Source: Bacteroidales bacterium
GTDB lineage: Bacteria; Bacteroidota; Bacteroidia; Bacteroidales; WCHB1-69
Length of the DNA: 64,000 bases
Reading direction: 5' to 3'
Assembly: GCA_017615595.1 (NCBI GenBank)
Contig: JAFZZT010000050.1
Location: 76,002 to 140,001, forward strand
Shown: piece by piece, positions 28,843-37,540 of the stretch
How the letters are laid out: every line of letters starts with the position of its first letter
Position numbering within the stretch: the stretch's first letter is position 1
Program-made: the position numbers and the translations under genes
Notes under the pieces: model-generated
What the model was told of the DNA's origin: nothing
Database searches by the model: none
Seen by the model: only the letters and a program-made list of their open reading frames with translations

Positions 28843-29967
28843 ATGAAAAAGTTAATTGCAATGTTGTGCGTTCTCTGCTTGGTAGGTTTGGCCACAACAG
28901 AGGTCATGGGTCAGAACCCCGCCGCACGGCAAACTACATCCAGTAGTCGGACACAAACCACATCCAGCGCGTCGAGCCAAGCTGCTCGTCAGGTGAAGAA
29001 AGGCGATGTACAGCTGAACAGAGCCAACAGCAGTTACCAAAGAGCTCAGACTATCACCAACACTCCTAATACAAGACCATCCACCGTTCCGGCCAACAGC
29101 TCTTCTTCCAGAACTACCACGACCACAGCAAGACCTGCCACTTCCAGTTCTGCAAGACCCGCTACTTCCAGCACCGCTAGACCTGCTACGACTACCACTA
29201 CGGCAAGACCGGCAACGGCTACCACGACCACGGCAAGACCGGCTTCAACCTCCACGGCAAGACCGGCCACCACTACCACTACTACCAATGCTACTGCAAA
29301 GCCTGTGACAAGTTCCACTACTTCCCGTGCTACAACTGGTACTCCGGCCGCAAACGCGACTTCTGCCAGAGAGAGCAACTCCACCGCTCACACCAGCAAC
29401 CCCAGAGGTTCCGGCAACAGCAGTGGCAACACTCCCGAGCCTCCTAGAGGTTACAACGAGCAAGGTCATCCGCAGCCGCAGCCGGCTCCTCCCCACAACA
29501 ACCACCCGAACGGACCGAAACCGCATCCTTACATGCACCCGAACTATCACAACTTCGGCCACTACATGAACATCCCTCCGCGCCTTCGTCCGGTTTACTA
29601 TCACGGTGTGCCCTACTACTTCTACAACAGCATCTTCTGCCGCTACATCAATGGTCGCTACATCATCTGCCGCCCGCCTATCGGAGCCGTGATTGCCTAC
29701 AGCATCTTCAACACCTGGAGACCGATCATCATAGTCTATAACAACGTAAGCTACTATTACGACGACGGAACCTTCTACAGACGTCACGCCAACAAAGTTG
29801 ACTACGAAGTGGTAGCCCCTCCCATCGGAGCCCGCGTGGCAGAACTCCCCAGCACTTACGAGGAAATCGTCCTGGACGGAAACCTCTACTACAAAGTGGA
29901 TAATGTTTACTACAAGGAAGTTATCGTAAGTGGATACATCTGGTACGAAGTGGTCTTCGTCTCATAG
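28843..29967 (+). CDS. Secreted low-complexity protein: (T)ARPAT(S/T)n repeats, a His/Pro-rich segment, and a Tyr-rich C-terminal domain with an internal duplication
   Basis: Signal peptide MKKLIAMLCVLCLVGLATTEVMG. Seven ARPA(T/S) units. HPQPQPAPPHNNHPNGPKPHPYMHPNYHNFGHY. Duplicated PPIGA...YY(Y/K)xD(G/N)xxY motif. Confidence 0.7.
   Translation: MKKLIAMLCVLCLVGLATTEVMGQNPAARQTTSSSRTQTTSSASSQAARQVKKGDVQLNRANSSYQRAQTITNTPNTRPSTVPANSSSSRTTTTTARPATSSSARPATSSTARPATTTTTARPATATTTTARPASTSTARPATTTTTTNATAKPVTSSTTSRATTGTPAANATSARESNSTAHTSNPRGSGNSSGNTPEPPRGYNEQGHPQPQPAPPHNNHPNGPKPHPYMHPNYHNFGHYMNIPPRLRPVYYHGVPYYFYNSIFCRYINGRYIICRPPIGAVIAYSIFNTWRPIIIVYNNVSYYYDDGTFYRRHANKVDYEVVAPPIGARVAELPSTYEEIVLDGNLYYKVDNVYYKEVIVSGYIWYEVVFVS
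29098..29286 (+). repeat. In-frame tandem repeats encoding ARPAT(S/T)3-5 units
   Basis: Translation reads SSSRTTTTTARPATSSSARPATSSTARPATTTTTARPATATTTTARPASTSTARPATTTTTT. Confidence 0.8.
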
Positions 29968-30021
29968 CAGAAAAAAAATAAAAAAAATAACGCCAAGGTG
30001 CGCAGGATACTAAAAAAAATG

Positions 30022-30029
30022 TATTTTTG
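30022..30029 (+). promoter_or_regulatory. -7 box TATTTTTG for tRNA-Gln
   Basis: AAAAAAAATGTATTTTTGCG, 17 nt upstream of the mature tRNA 5' end. Confidence 0.6.
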
Positions 30030-30045
30030 CGCACCTTTTCACGCT

Positions 30046-30116
30046 TGCCCTGTTGTGTAATGGTAGCACCGCAGATTCTGGTTCTGTTTGTATGGGTTCG
30101 AATCCTATCGGGGCAA
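30046..30116 (+). tRNA. tRNA-Gln (anticodon CTG)
   Basis: Hand-folded cloverleaf. Acceptor tgccctg/cggggca (one G-U pair). D arm gtgt/gcac. Anticodon stem gcaga/tctgt with loop ttCTGgt. T arm atggg-ttcgaat-cctat. Discriminator A. No encoded CCA. Confidence 0.85.
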
Positions 30117-30130
30117 CTGACAAAACGAGA

Positions 30131-30166
30131 GATGACGCATCATAAGTGCGTCATCTTTTGTTTTTT
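30131..30166 (+). terminator. Rho-independent terminator after tRNA-Gln
   Basis: 9-bp stem gatgacgca/tgcgtcatc, 7-nt loop, then ttttgtttttt. Confidence 0.8.
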
Positions 30167-30238
30167 AACTTCCACACCCACCTCCCTATCACAATATTTT
30201 TTATCTTTGCCGCTTGTCTGTTTTAGCGTAATAGAACT

Positions 30239-31669
30239 ATGAAAAAATATATGCTCTTTGCAGCGACACTATGGCTGCTTGCGGCGTGCCACACGCCGGC
30301 ACCCGCCCCTTACGGCCCCACACCGACACCACAACAGCTGGCTTGGCAGCAGATGGAGATGAATATGTTCGTGCACTTCGGGCCCAACACCTTCACAGGT
30401 CTGGAATGGGGAACCGGAGAAGAGCCCGAGGACATCTTCAACCCAACAGACCTAAACTGCATGCAGTGGGTGGAGACCGCCAAAAAGGCTGGTTTCAAGG
30501 GCATCATCCTCACCGCCAAGCATCATGACGGATTCTGTCTTTGGCCAAACCCTGTCAGCCAGCACACCGTCAGGGAATGTTCTTGGCAAGATGGCAAAGG
30601 AGATGTGCTACGTGAGTTGTCAGATGCCTGTGCAAACGGAGGATTGGCTTTCGGCATCTACATTTCGCCCTGGGACCGTCACGATCCGCACTACGGCACC
30701 TCCGCCTACAACAAAGTCTTCTTACAGACTTTAGAGAGCGCTCTCACCAACTATGGCCCTGTTTTTGAGCAATGGTTTGACGGGGCCTGCGGCGAAGGAC
30801 CCAACGGCAAAAAACAAGTTTATGACTGGCACGCCTTCTTCCAAAAGGTGACAGATCTGCAACCTAACGCCATCATGTTCAGCGACATCGGGCCCGGCTG
30901 TCGATGGGTTGGCAACGAGGAGGGCCACGCCGGACTTTCCTGCTGGTCCACAATGACCATTGACGGATACACGCCATCGCACTCCCCATCCCAAGACACC
31001 CTCAACTCCGGCGACCCGCAAGGGCGCAGCTGGGTGCCTGCCGAGACCGACGTCTCCCTGCACAAAGGATGGTTCTACCGCGACAGTGAGGAGCCCAAGA
31101 GCGTGGAGCAGCTGCTGGACATTTACTATACGAGTGTGGGCCGAAACTCGCTGCTGCTGCTCAACGTCCCGCCCGACACGCGAGGACAGATCGCGACAAA
31201 AGACTCCCTGCGCCTCATGGAATTCCGAACGGCCTTAGACCAGATCTTTACCAACAACTTGGCTAAAGACGCCACCGCCAAAGCAAATAACACCCGCGGA
31301 TGGGGGAAGCGGTTTTCCGCCGACAACCTGCTTGACAGCGACTACTTCAGCTACTGGGCGCCTGACGACAACCAGACCACAGCGGAGATTGTCATCACCA
31401 TGCCCGAGCCACGCACCTTCAACCGCGTGATGCTGCAAGAATACATCCCCCTGGGACAACGCATCAGCGCTTTCGAGGTTGATACACAAGATGAATCAGG
31501 AGAATGGCACACTGTCGGAAAGGGTGGCACGATTGGATACAAGCGGATCCTTCGAATTCCGACCTGCACGTCCAGCAAAGTCCGCATCCGAATCACCGCT
31601 TCCAAGGCTTGTCCCATTCTGAACGGCTTCGGACTTTATATGGATGATATTTTAGATTCCACCTTATAA
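30239..31669 (+). CDS. Alpha-L-fucosidase (GH29), lipoprotein
   Basis: Lipobox LLAAC. GH29 motifs AKHHDGFCLWP and YISPWD. C-terminal F5/8-type/galactose-binding-like domain. Confidence 0.85.
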   Translation: MKKYMLFAATLWLLAACHTPAPAPYGPTPTPQQLAWQQMEMNMFVHFGPNTFTGLEWGTGEEPEDIFNPTDLNCMQWVETAKKAGFKGIILTAKHHDGFCLWPNPVSQHTVRECSWQDGKGDVLRELSDACANGGLAFGIYISPWDRHDPHYGTSAYNKVFLQTLESALTNYGPVFEQWFDGACGEGPNGKKQVYDWHAFFQKVTDLQPNAIMFSDIGPGCRWVGNEEGHAGLSCWSTMTIDGYTPSHSPSQDTLNSGDPQGRSWVPAETDVSLHKGWFYRDSEEPKSVEQLLDIYYTSVGRNSLLLLNVPPDTRGQIATKDSLRLMEFRTALDQIFTNNLAKDATAKANNTRGWGKRFSADNLLDSDYFSYWAPDDNQTTAEIVITMPEPRTFNRVMLQEYIPLGQRISAFEVDTQDESGEWHTVGKGGTIGYKRILRIPTCTSSKVRIRITASKACPILNGFGLYMDDILDSTL

Positions 31670-31781
31670 AATACCGCATCCTCTAACCTTCTTTACTTCT
31701 AAATCGAATGAGCGAGCAGAATCTCAGGCTTCTCGTGAATCTAAAATATGTATTTTCGCGCCTTGAAAAAACGAAAATACA

Positions 31782-32729
31782 ATGGAGCAGAAAAACAAAG
31801 CTAAAGATCTGATTATTGCGTATTTCATGCTTATCGCAGGCAGTTTCCTTTTTGCCGTTGGCGACGTCTTGTTCGTCAACCCTTATCTCTTGGCGCCGGG
31901 CGGCACCTATGGTCTTTCCAACGTTCTGAACACCGTGTGGCCGTGGAAGATCAGTTATTACGCCATCTGCATGGACATCCCGCTATTGCTCATCGGCACC
32001 TGGATATTGGGACCGAAATTCGGCTTCAAAACCGTGCTTTCCACCATTTTGATCTTTGCTTTCACCTGGCTTCTTGAGACTTTTTGGGGCTACAACCCCG
32101 TCATCCATGAAGGCATCGTCTCCGCCACAGAGCACCTGCCCAACATGGTGCAGATTCCGCACAGCGATATGTTCTTCATGCCCGACTATTTCCTCAACAC
32201 AGTAGTGGCCGGTCTCATCTATGGTATTGCCATCGGCTTGATATTCAAGTCTGGCGCCACCTCCGGAGGCAGCGACATCATCTCCATGATCATCCATAAA
32301 TACACTAAGATCTCCTTGGGCACGTTGGTCATGGTAGTCGATTCCATCATCACACTCACCACACTCATCGCCTTCAAACAGATTCGTCTGCCCATTTACT
32401 CTATCCTCTTGATATTCATTGAAGGCAAGATCATTGACCTCGTTGTTGAGGGTGTAAAATCGTATAAGACAGCCTTCATCGTCACTGATGAGTTGGACAA
32501 AATGCGCGAATACATCATCCATGACATAAAACGAGGCGGCACCTTGTTCGTGGGAAAAGGGCTGTATGCCGGTGCCGAGCGCAATATGATCTACGTTTCG
32601 CTTGACCGTGCCGATTTGATCAAATTAAAGGACAACCTCCACCGCATCGACCCCACCGCTTTTGTCAACCTGATTGACAGTGCTGAGATCATGGGAAAGG
32701 GATTCAAAGCGTTGCCTACCGAAGAGTAG
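31782..32729 (+). CDS. YitT family membrane protein (DUF2179 C-terminal domain)
   Basis: 5-6 TM segments. GATSGGSD motif. C-terminal soluble DUF2179-like region. Confidence 0.75.
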   Translation: MEQKNKAKDLIIAYFMLIAGSFLFAVGDVLFVNPYLLAPGGTYGLSNVLNTVWPWKISYYAICMDIPLLLIGTWILGPKFGFKTVLSTILIFAFTWLLETFWGYNPVIHEGIVSATEHLPNMVQIPHSDMFFMPDYFLNTVVAGLIYGIAIGLIFKSGATSGGSDIISMIIHKYTKISLGTLVMVVDSIITLTTLIAFKQIRLPIYSILLIFIEGKIIDLVVEGVKSYKTAFIVTDELDKMREYIIHDIKRGGTLFVGKGLYAGAERNMIYVSLDRADLIKLKDNLHRIDPTAFVNLIDSAEIMGKGFKALPTEE

Positions 32730-32737
32730 TCTGATTT

Positions 32738-33424
32738 TTACAGCAGATAGCGCCACACCCCGACAAACTGTATCAGCACCCCGAGCAATACAAAGATGTG
32801 AAACACAGCATGGCGGTAGGGTTTCTTTTTACCGACAAGATAAAGCACCGCCCCGATGGTATAGGCGACTCCACCGCCTAAGATCCACATGAAGCCAGGC
32901 AGCGTCATAGCCTGTATGGCAGGTTTGAGGCTGATGATGACGCACCAGCCCATTCCCAGATAACAAGCCATCGAGAATTTGGAATACTTGTTCAAATCGA
33001 TGGCGTTAAGAATGACGCCGACTATGGCCAAGCCCCACTCAACACCCAAAATGGACCAGGCCATAGCGGGATTTATCAAACGAATACCCAACAACGTAAT
33101 AGGCGTATAGGTTCCTGCAATGGTGATAAAGATCACACAATGATCCACCACTCGCATCACCTGTTTGGGCATTCCTTTAGGAAGACCGTGATAGATACTG
33201 GAGGCCACCAGCATTGCCAAAACGGACAGCACATAGACCACACCGCTCACCATGGCGTATGGCTGCGGATTTTGTCGGGCAGCCGCAACCACAACACCCA
33301 GCATCACCAACGCACACATCACCCCTAACAGATGACTATACATATTCATCATCTCCTCTTCCCGAGAGTAATTTGGGAATGGTCTTTCCGACAAGGGTGT
33401 TCTTTTCCGAAGGGTCATAATCAT
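32738..33424 (-). CDS. Hemolysin III / PAQR family membrane protein
   Basis: 7 TM segments. MNMYSHLLG and HAVFHIFVLLG motifs. I start at ATG 33424, about 20 nt downstream of a TATTTTTG box; ATG 33418 is equally possible. Confidence 0.8.
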   Translation of the reverse strand: MIMTLRKRTPLSERPFPNYSREEEMMNMYSHLLGVMCALVMLGVVVAAARQNPQPYAMVSGVVYVLSVLAMLVASSIYHGLPKGMPKQVMRVVDHCVIFITIAGTYTPITLLGIRLINPAMAWSILGVEWGLAIVGVILNAIDLNKYSKFSMACYLGMGWCVIISLKPAIQAMTLPGFMWILGGGVAYTIGAVLYLVGKKKPYRHAVFHIFVLLGVLIQFVGVWRYLL

Positions 33425-33580
33425 TCTTATTGAGCGGGCAAAAATAGCAAATAATTTGTCTTGGGCAAAGACAAAGAAAAGTGTGGCCAATGTGTATTTG
33501 AAATTTATGTACATTTGCCAAAATTTTATGGAAGGGCTTGTTTAACCTCCCGACCGAACTGAAGAATCGATAACTAAGCA

Positions 33581-34996
33581 ATGGTTTTTAGTAGCATAGA
33601 GTTCATTTTCTACTTTTTGCCCATCGTACTATTGATTTATTATATAGTACCCAAAAGGGCAAAGAATGTCGTGCTGCTAATCGCCTCTTTGGCATTCTAC
33701 GCTTGGGGAGCGCCTGACTTCTTCCCCATCTTCATCCTTTCGATGATATGCAATTTCTTCATCACCAAGAAGATGCATAAAACAGTGGAGACGAAGCCCA
33801 GAAAACTGTGGCTTGCATTTTCTTTAATCCTTAATATTGGTCTGCTGGCATACTTCAAGTACATGAACTTCTTCATGGACAACTTGAATGCGCTGCTTGA
33901 GCTCGCCCATCACTCCACGCTCCAGTTTATGCGAGTGGCCCTGCCCATCGGCATCTCCTTCTTCACCTTCCAATCCATCAGCTACACCGTGGACGTGTAT
34001 CGCAAGGTGTCGGAGCCTTTGCAACGTTGGTACGACTACATGCTATACATCTCCCTCTTCCCGCAGTTGATCGCGGGTCCTATTATCCGATACAACACCA
34101 TCGCAAACCAACTCGTCAACAGAACCATCCCGATGGAGGGGCGCGTGGAAGGCTTCCGCCGCTTCACGCTAGGATTAGCCAAGAAGGTGCTTATCGCCAA
34201 CACATTAGCCGTATTTGCGGACGAGGTCTTTGCCATGGATTATCACACCATGTCGTCAGGTACCGCCTGGATTGGAATCCTTGCCTACACCTTCCAGATT
34301 TACTTTGACTTCTCAGGATACTCCGATATGGCCATCGGCATCGGACGAATGTTAGGATTCCGTTTCAGCGAGAACTTCAACGTTCCCTATATCAGCCAGA
34401 GCATCAGTGAATTCTGGAGACGATGGCACATCACCTTGGGCAGTTTCATGAAGGAATATCTGTACATCCCGCTGGGTGGCAACCGGGTTTCCAAGGGCCG
34501 TACCTTCTTCAACTTGTGGCTGGTGTTTTTGATTTCCGGCTTGTGGCACGGCGCCGCCTGGACATTTGTCTTATGGGGTGTCTTTCACGGCACCTTCCTG
34601 ATTCTGGATCGCCTGTTCATGCTGAATATTCTGAAGAAAATCGGCCGCTTCCCTTCCATTCTGCTGACCTTCTTAGTGGTAGTATTGGGCTGGGTGCTTT
34701 TCCGTGCCGACACCATTGGAGGAGCCATCGACTTCTACCAGGCCTTATTTGCGTTCCGGCCGGGCGCAACCGTGAACATCACAAACCAAGGCTACCTGTT
34801 CTTCGCTTTGGCCATCCTCTTCTCTTTCATTCCCGCGCTGAAAATCGGTGACAAGTGGATGGGATTGTTTTATAACGACGCCTCCACTAAAGGCGCTACC
34901 ATTGTCTTGTTCATCATATCCATTCTATTGTTTTTCCTGTCTGTCGGTGCGCTTGCCGTCACGGATTTCAACCCCTTTATCTATTTCCGATTCTGA
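33581..34996 (+). CDS. MBOAT family O-acyltransferase (AlgI/DltB/PatA-like)
   Basis: Polytopic. Conserved FWRRWHITLGSFMKEYLYIPLGGNR block containing the catalytic His. Confidence 0.9.
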   Translation: MVFSSIEFIFYFLPIVLLIYYIVPKRAKNVVLLIASLAFYAWGAPDFFPIFILSMICNFFITKKMHKTVETKPRKLWLAFSLILNIGLLAYFKYMNFFMDNLNALLELAHHSTLQFMRVALPIGISFFTFQSISYTVDVYRKVSEPLQRWYDYMLYISLFPQLIAGPIIRYNTIANQLVNRTIPMEGRVEGFRRFTLGLAKKVLIANTLAVFADEVFAMDYHTMSSGTAWIGILAYTFQIYFDFSGYSDMAIGIGRMLGFRFSENFNVPYISQSISEFWRRWHITLGSFMKEYLYIPLGGNRVSKGRTFFNLWLVFLISGLWHGAAWTFVLWGVFHGTFLILDRLFMLNILKKIGRFPSILLTFLVVVLGWVLFRADTIGGAIDFYQALFAFRPGATVNITNQGYLFFALAILFSFIPALKIGDKWMGLFYNDASTKGATIVLFIISILLFFLSVGALAVTDFNPFIYFRF

Positions 34997-36324
34997 TGAG
35001 AAAGCCCCGTTTACATACTATCCTCTTTGTGGTCTTGATGACTATCCTGTGTCTCCCCATGGTTCAGCAGATGAGTCATGTTTTCAAATTGAAGCAATTG
35101 GATGGATTCACCGCGCCCGTGGAGCCCGTAAAACTCAGCTGGGAAAGCTTTAGGAACCAAAGCTACCAGCAATATGTGCAGCAATACCTTCAGCAGAACT
35201 TCGGCTTCAGGAACTCCTACATCAGAACGTACAACCAGTTTATCTACACCTGTTTTCATCAGACGACCAATGACAACATCGTGATCGGGAAGCAGGACGA
35301 GCTATATCTGAAACAATACACAGATGTATATACAGGCCAGACCATTCGCAACCATTACGGCACCGAAGACAGCGCCCGTGCGGCCATGCGGCAGAATGTG
35401 AAGGAGACGCTCCGCATCATCGACACGCTCAAGCAATTCGGCACTGACATCATCGTGGTTTTGGCGCCGTCGAAGCCACTAATCTATCCTGAATATCTGC
35501 CCTACAACATCCAAAAAGGGCATCATCCATTCTCCATCCAGGAAGAATATGCGAGATTTTATGAGCAGGCGGGTGTCGAGCACATCAACTTCGTCCCCAT
35601 TTTCCGGGATCTGAAGAAAACGGCGCCCTATCCTGTTTACACCCGATACGGCACGCACTGGGCGCACTCCACCATTCCTTTTGTGGCGGACACCATCTTG
35701 CAGAAGATAGCATCCGTCAAAGGATATCCCATGCCGCACATAGTGTATGCCGACAGCAATCTCACCACGCATTACCGAAACAGCGACAAAGAGGTGGAAT
35801 CCCAGCTGAACTTGCTGTTTCCGTTACGCCACGAGCAGATCCCGATGCCAATTTTCACCTTGACAGGGAACGGCAACTCCCGCAAACCCAACCTGTTGGT
35901 TGTGGGCGACAGTTATTACACACAACTGGAGAACACCGACTTCACCAAAGCTTTCGGGCAGGTGGATTATTGGAAGTACAACGAGACGGCCTATTCCTCG
36001 CAGCCGGAGAGATGTGGCAAGATCTCGCATCTCAAACGCTATGAAACCATCACCGAAGCGGATGTCATTCTAGTGATTTTCACAGACATGCATGCTTACT
36101 CCTATTTCTTTGGATTCCTCAACACTGTGGAGCAGGCATTAAAGGACGGTCCTGATTTTAATGAAATCGACAGGGAAGAGGTCATCCAAGACATCATCAC
36201 TCGGATCAAAGCATCTCCAGAATGGTATGAGGAAGTCAAGAAGCAAGCCAAGAAAAAGAAGATTGATCTAGACCAGTGCTTACGCAATAATGCCGAGTGG
36301 GTCTTTGAGCAGGAGCACAAATAG
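34996..36324 (+). CDS. Membrane-anchored AlgX/AlgJ-like SGNH-type partner of the MBOAT protein
   Basis: N-terminal TM anchor. The start overlaps the MBOAT stop (TGATG). GTHW at residues 219-222 and VGDSY at residues 303-307 match the spacing of the AlgX/AlgJ-type His and Ser motifs. Confidence 0.55.
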   Translation: MRKPRLHTILFVVLMTILCLPMVQQMSHVFKLKQLDGFTAPVEPVKLSWESFRNQSYQQYVQQYLQQNFGFRNSYIRTYNQFIYTCFHQTTNDNIVIGKQDELYLKQYTDVYTGQTIRNHYGTEDSARAAMRQNVKETLRIIDTLKQFGTDIIVVLAPSKPLIYPEYLPYNIQKGHHPFSIQEEYARFYEQAGVEHINFVPIFRDLKKTAPYPVYTRYGTHWAHSTIPFVADTILQKIASVKGYPMPHIVYADSNLTTHYRNSDKEVESQLNLLFPLRHEQIPMPIFTLTGNGNSRKPNLLVVGDSYYTQLENTDFTKAFGQVDYWKYNETAYSSQPERCGKISHLKRYETITEADVILVIFTDMHAYSYFFGFLNTVEQALKDGPDFNEIDREEVIQDIITRIKASPEWYEEVKKQAKKKKIDLDQCLRNNAEWVFEQEHK

Positions 36325-36352
36325 CTGGACAATTTCGCGAGAATCAAGGATG

Positions 36353-36393
36353 AAAAACAAAAAAAGCACCGATTGATTCGGTGCTTTCGTTTT
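36353..36393. terminator. Bidirectional rho-independent terminator between the SGNH-like gene and tRNA-Asn
   Basis: 7-bp stem gcaccga/tcggtgc (36366-36384). Flanked by an A-run upstream (U-tract for the minus strand) and tttcgtttt downstream. Confidence 0.75.
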
Positions 36394-36394
36394 G

Positions 36395-36468
36395 CGCTCC
36401 CTCAAGGACTTGAACCTTGGACCCTCTGATTAACAGTCAGATGCTCTAACCAACTGAGCTAAGGAAGC
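36395..36468 (-). tRNA. tRNA-Asn (anticodon GTT)
   Basis: Hand-folded on the minus strand. Acceptor gcttcct/agggagc. D arm gctc-agttggtta-gagc. Anticodon stem tctga/tcaga with loop ctGTTaa. T arm caagg-ttcaagt-ccttg. Discriminator G. No encoded CCA. Confidence 0.9.
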
Positions 36469-36498
36469 GGGTTTGTTAACCGCTGTCGTTAACGGCCG

Positions 36499-36506
36499 CA
36501 AAAATA
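36499..36506 (-). promoter_or_regulatory. -7 box TATTTTTG for tRNA-Asn
   Basis: The minus strand reads AAAAAAAATGTATTTTTGCGG, nearly identical to the tRNA-Gln promoter context. Confidence 0.55.
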
Positions 36507-36619
36507 CATTTTTTTTCAATATACGCACCATCCAAAAAAAATTTTACTTTTGCAGTGTCAATTGAATATGAAGCATCTAATATCATTTTGATAGTCAGAA
36601 CTATAAAACCACACCCCCT

Positions 36620-37486
36620 ATGAAAATAACTTGGAAAGACATCCTCACAGAGGTCAAGAACTACTTCTTCATCACCCTCGGTTTAGCGATATTTGTGCTG
36701 GGATGGTCCGCATTTATGACACCTTTTGAGGTCACGGGCGGCGGCGTGGCGGGTATCGCCTCCATTCTCTATTTCGCCACCAAGATACCCATCGGCGTCA
36801 CCACCTTTGCGCTCAACGCCATCCTCATCGCCATCGCATGGAAGATCTTGGGGCCCAAGTTTTGCATCAACTCTTTGATATGCACTGCCATCATCTCCAT
36901 CTTCTTCTATATCGGACAGCGTATCTTCACCCAACCCATCGTTGACGACATGTTCATGAGTGTCATCATCGGTGCTTCTCTCGGCGCCTTGGGTGCCGGC
37001 ATCTCCATCAACTGGGGAGGCAACACTGGCGGGCTGGACATCATCGCCTTGATGATTGGCAAATACCGGAACATCTCTTATGGCAAGATCAATATGATGG
37101 CCAACCTCCTCATTGTCGGATCCTCCTTCTTCATCCTGCATGACATCCAGAAACTGGTTTATAGCTTTGTGGTTCTGTTTGTCGGCATGTTAGTGGCCGA
37201 CAGTGTGATTGACGGTTTCCACCAGACCTACCAGTTCATGGTTTTTTCCAAGAAAAACGACGAGATCTCGCATCGCATCAACGAAGAGCTGCACCGGGGA
37301 GCCACCTTTCTGAAAGGATACGGCGCCTACAACCGTCAGGAGAGCGACGTGCTGCTCATCATTGCGCATCGTGCCGACAAAGTGCGGGTGACGCGCATCA
37401 TCAAAGAGATTGACAACACCGCCTTCGTCACTGTGACCAAGACATCGAGCGTTTTCGGCAAGAATTTTGACACCTTGAAGCTATAA
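36620..37486 (+). CDS. YitT family membrane protein (DUF2179), second paralogue
   Basis: Same architecture as 31782-32729 (TM region with GGNTGGLD, C-terminal soluble domain). TACTTTTG box about 65 nt upstream. Confidence 0.75.
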   Translation: MKITWKDILTEVKNYFFITLGLAIFVLGWSAFMTPFEVTGGGVAGIASILYFATKIPIGVTTFALNAILIAIAWKILGPKFCINSLICTAIISIFFYIGQRIFTQPIVDDMFMSVIIGASLGALGAGISINWGGNTGGLDIIALMIGKYRNISYGKINMMANLLIVGSSFFILHDIQKLVYSFVVLFVGMLVADSVIDGFHQTYQFMVFSKKNDEISHRINEELHRGATFLKGYGAYNRQESDVLLIIAHRADKVRVTRIIKEIDNTAFVTVTKTSSVFGKNFDTLKL

Positions 37487-37540
37487 GCTGTCAGCTATTG
37501 GCTGTTAGCTATTTATCACTCTAAAAAAATCCAAAATCTC

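Noticed and set aside
30027-30242. 71-aa ORF spanning tRNA-Gln and its terminator
   Set aside because: It is fully explained by the tRNA gene, the terminator hairpin and the fucosidase promoter. It starts with a non-ATG codon.
36568-36591. 7-codon uORF (MKHLISF) in the leader of the second yitT gene
   Set aside because: It is too short to evaluate and there is no supporting structure. ATG-plus-stop combinations like this are expected by chance in AT-rich leaders.
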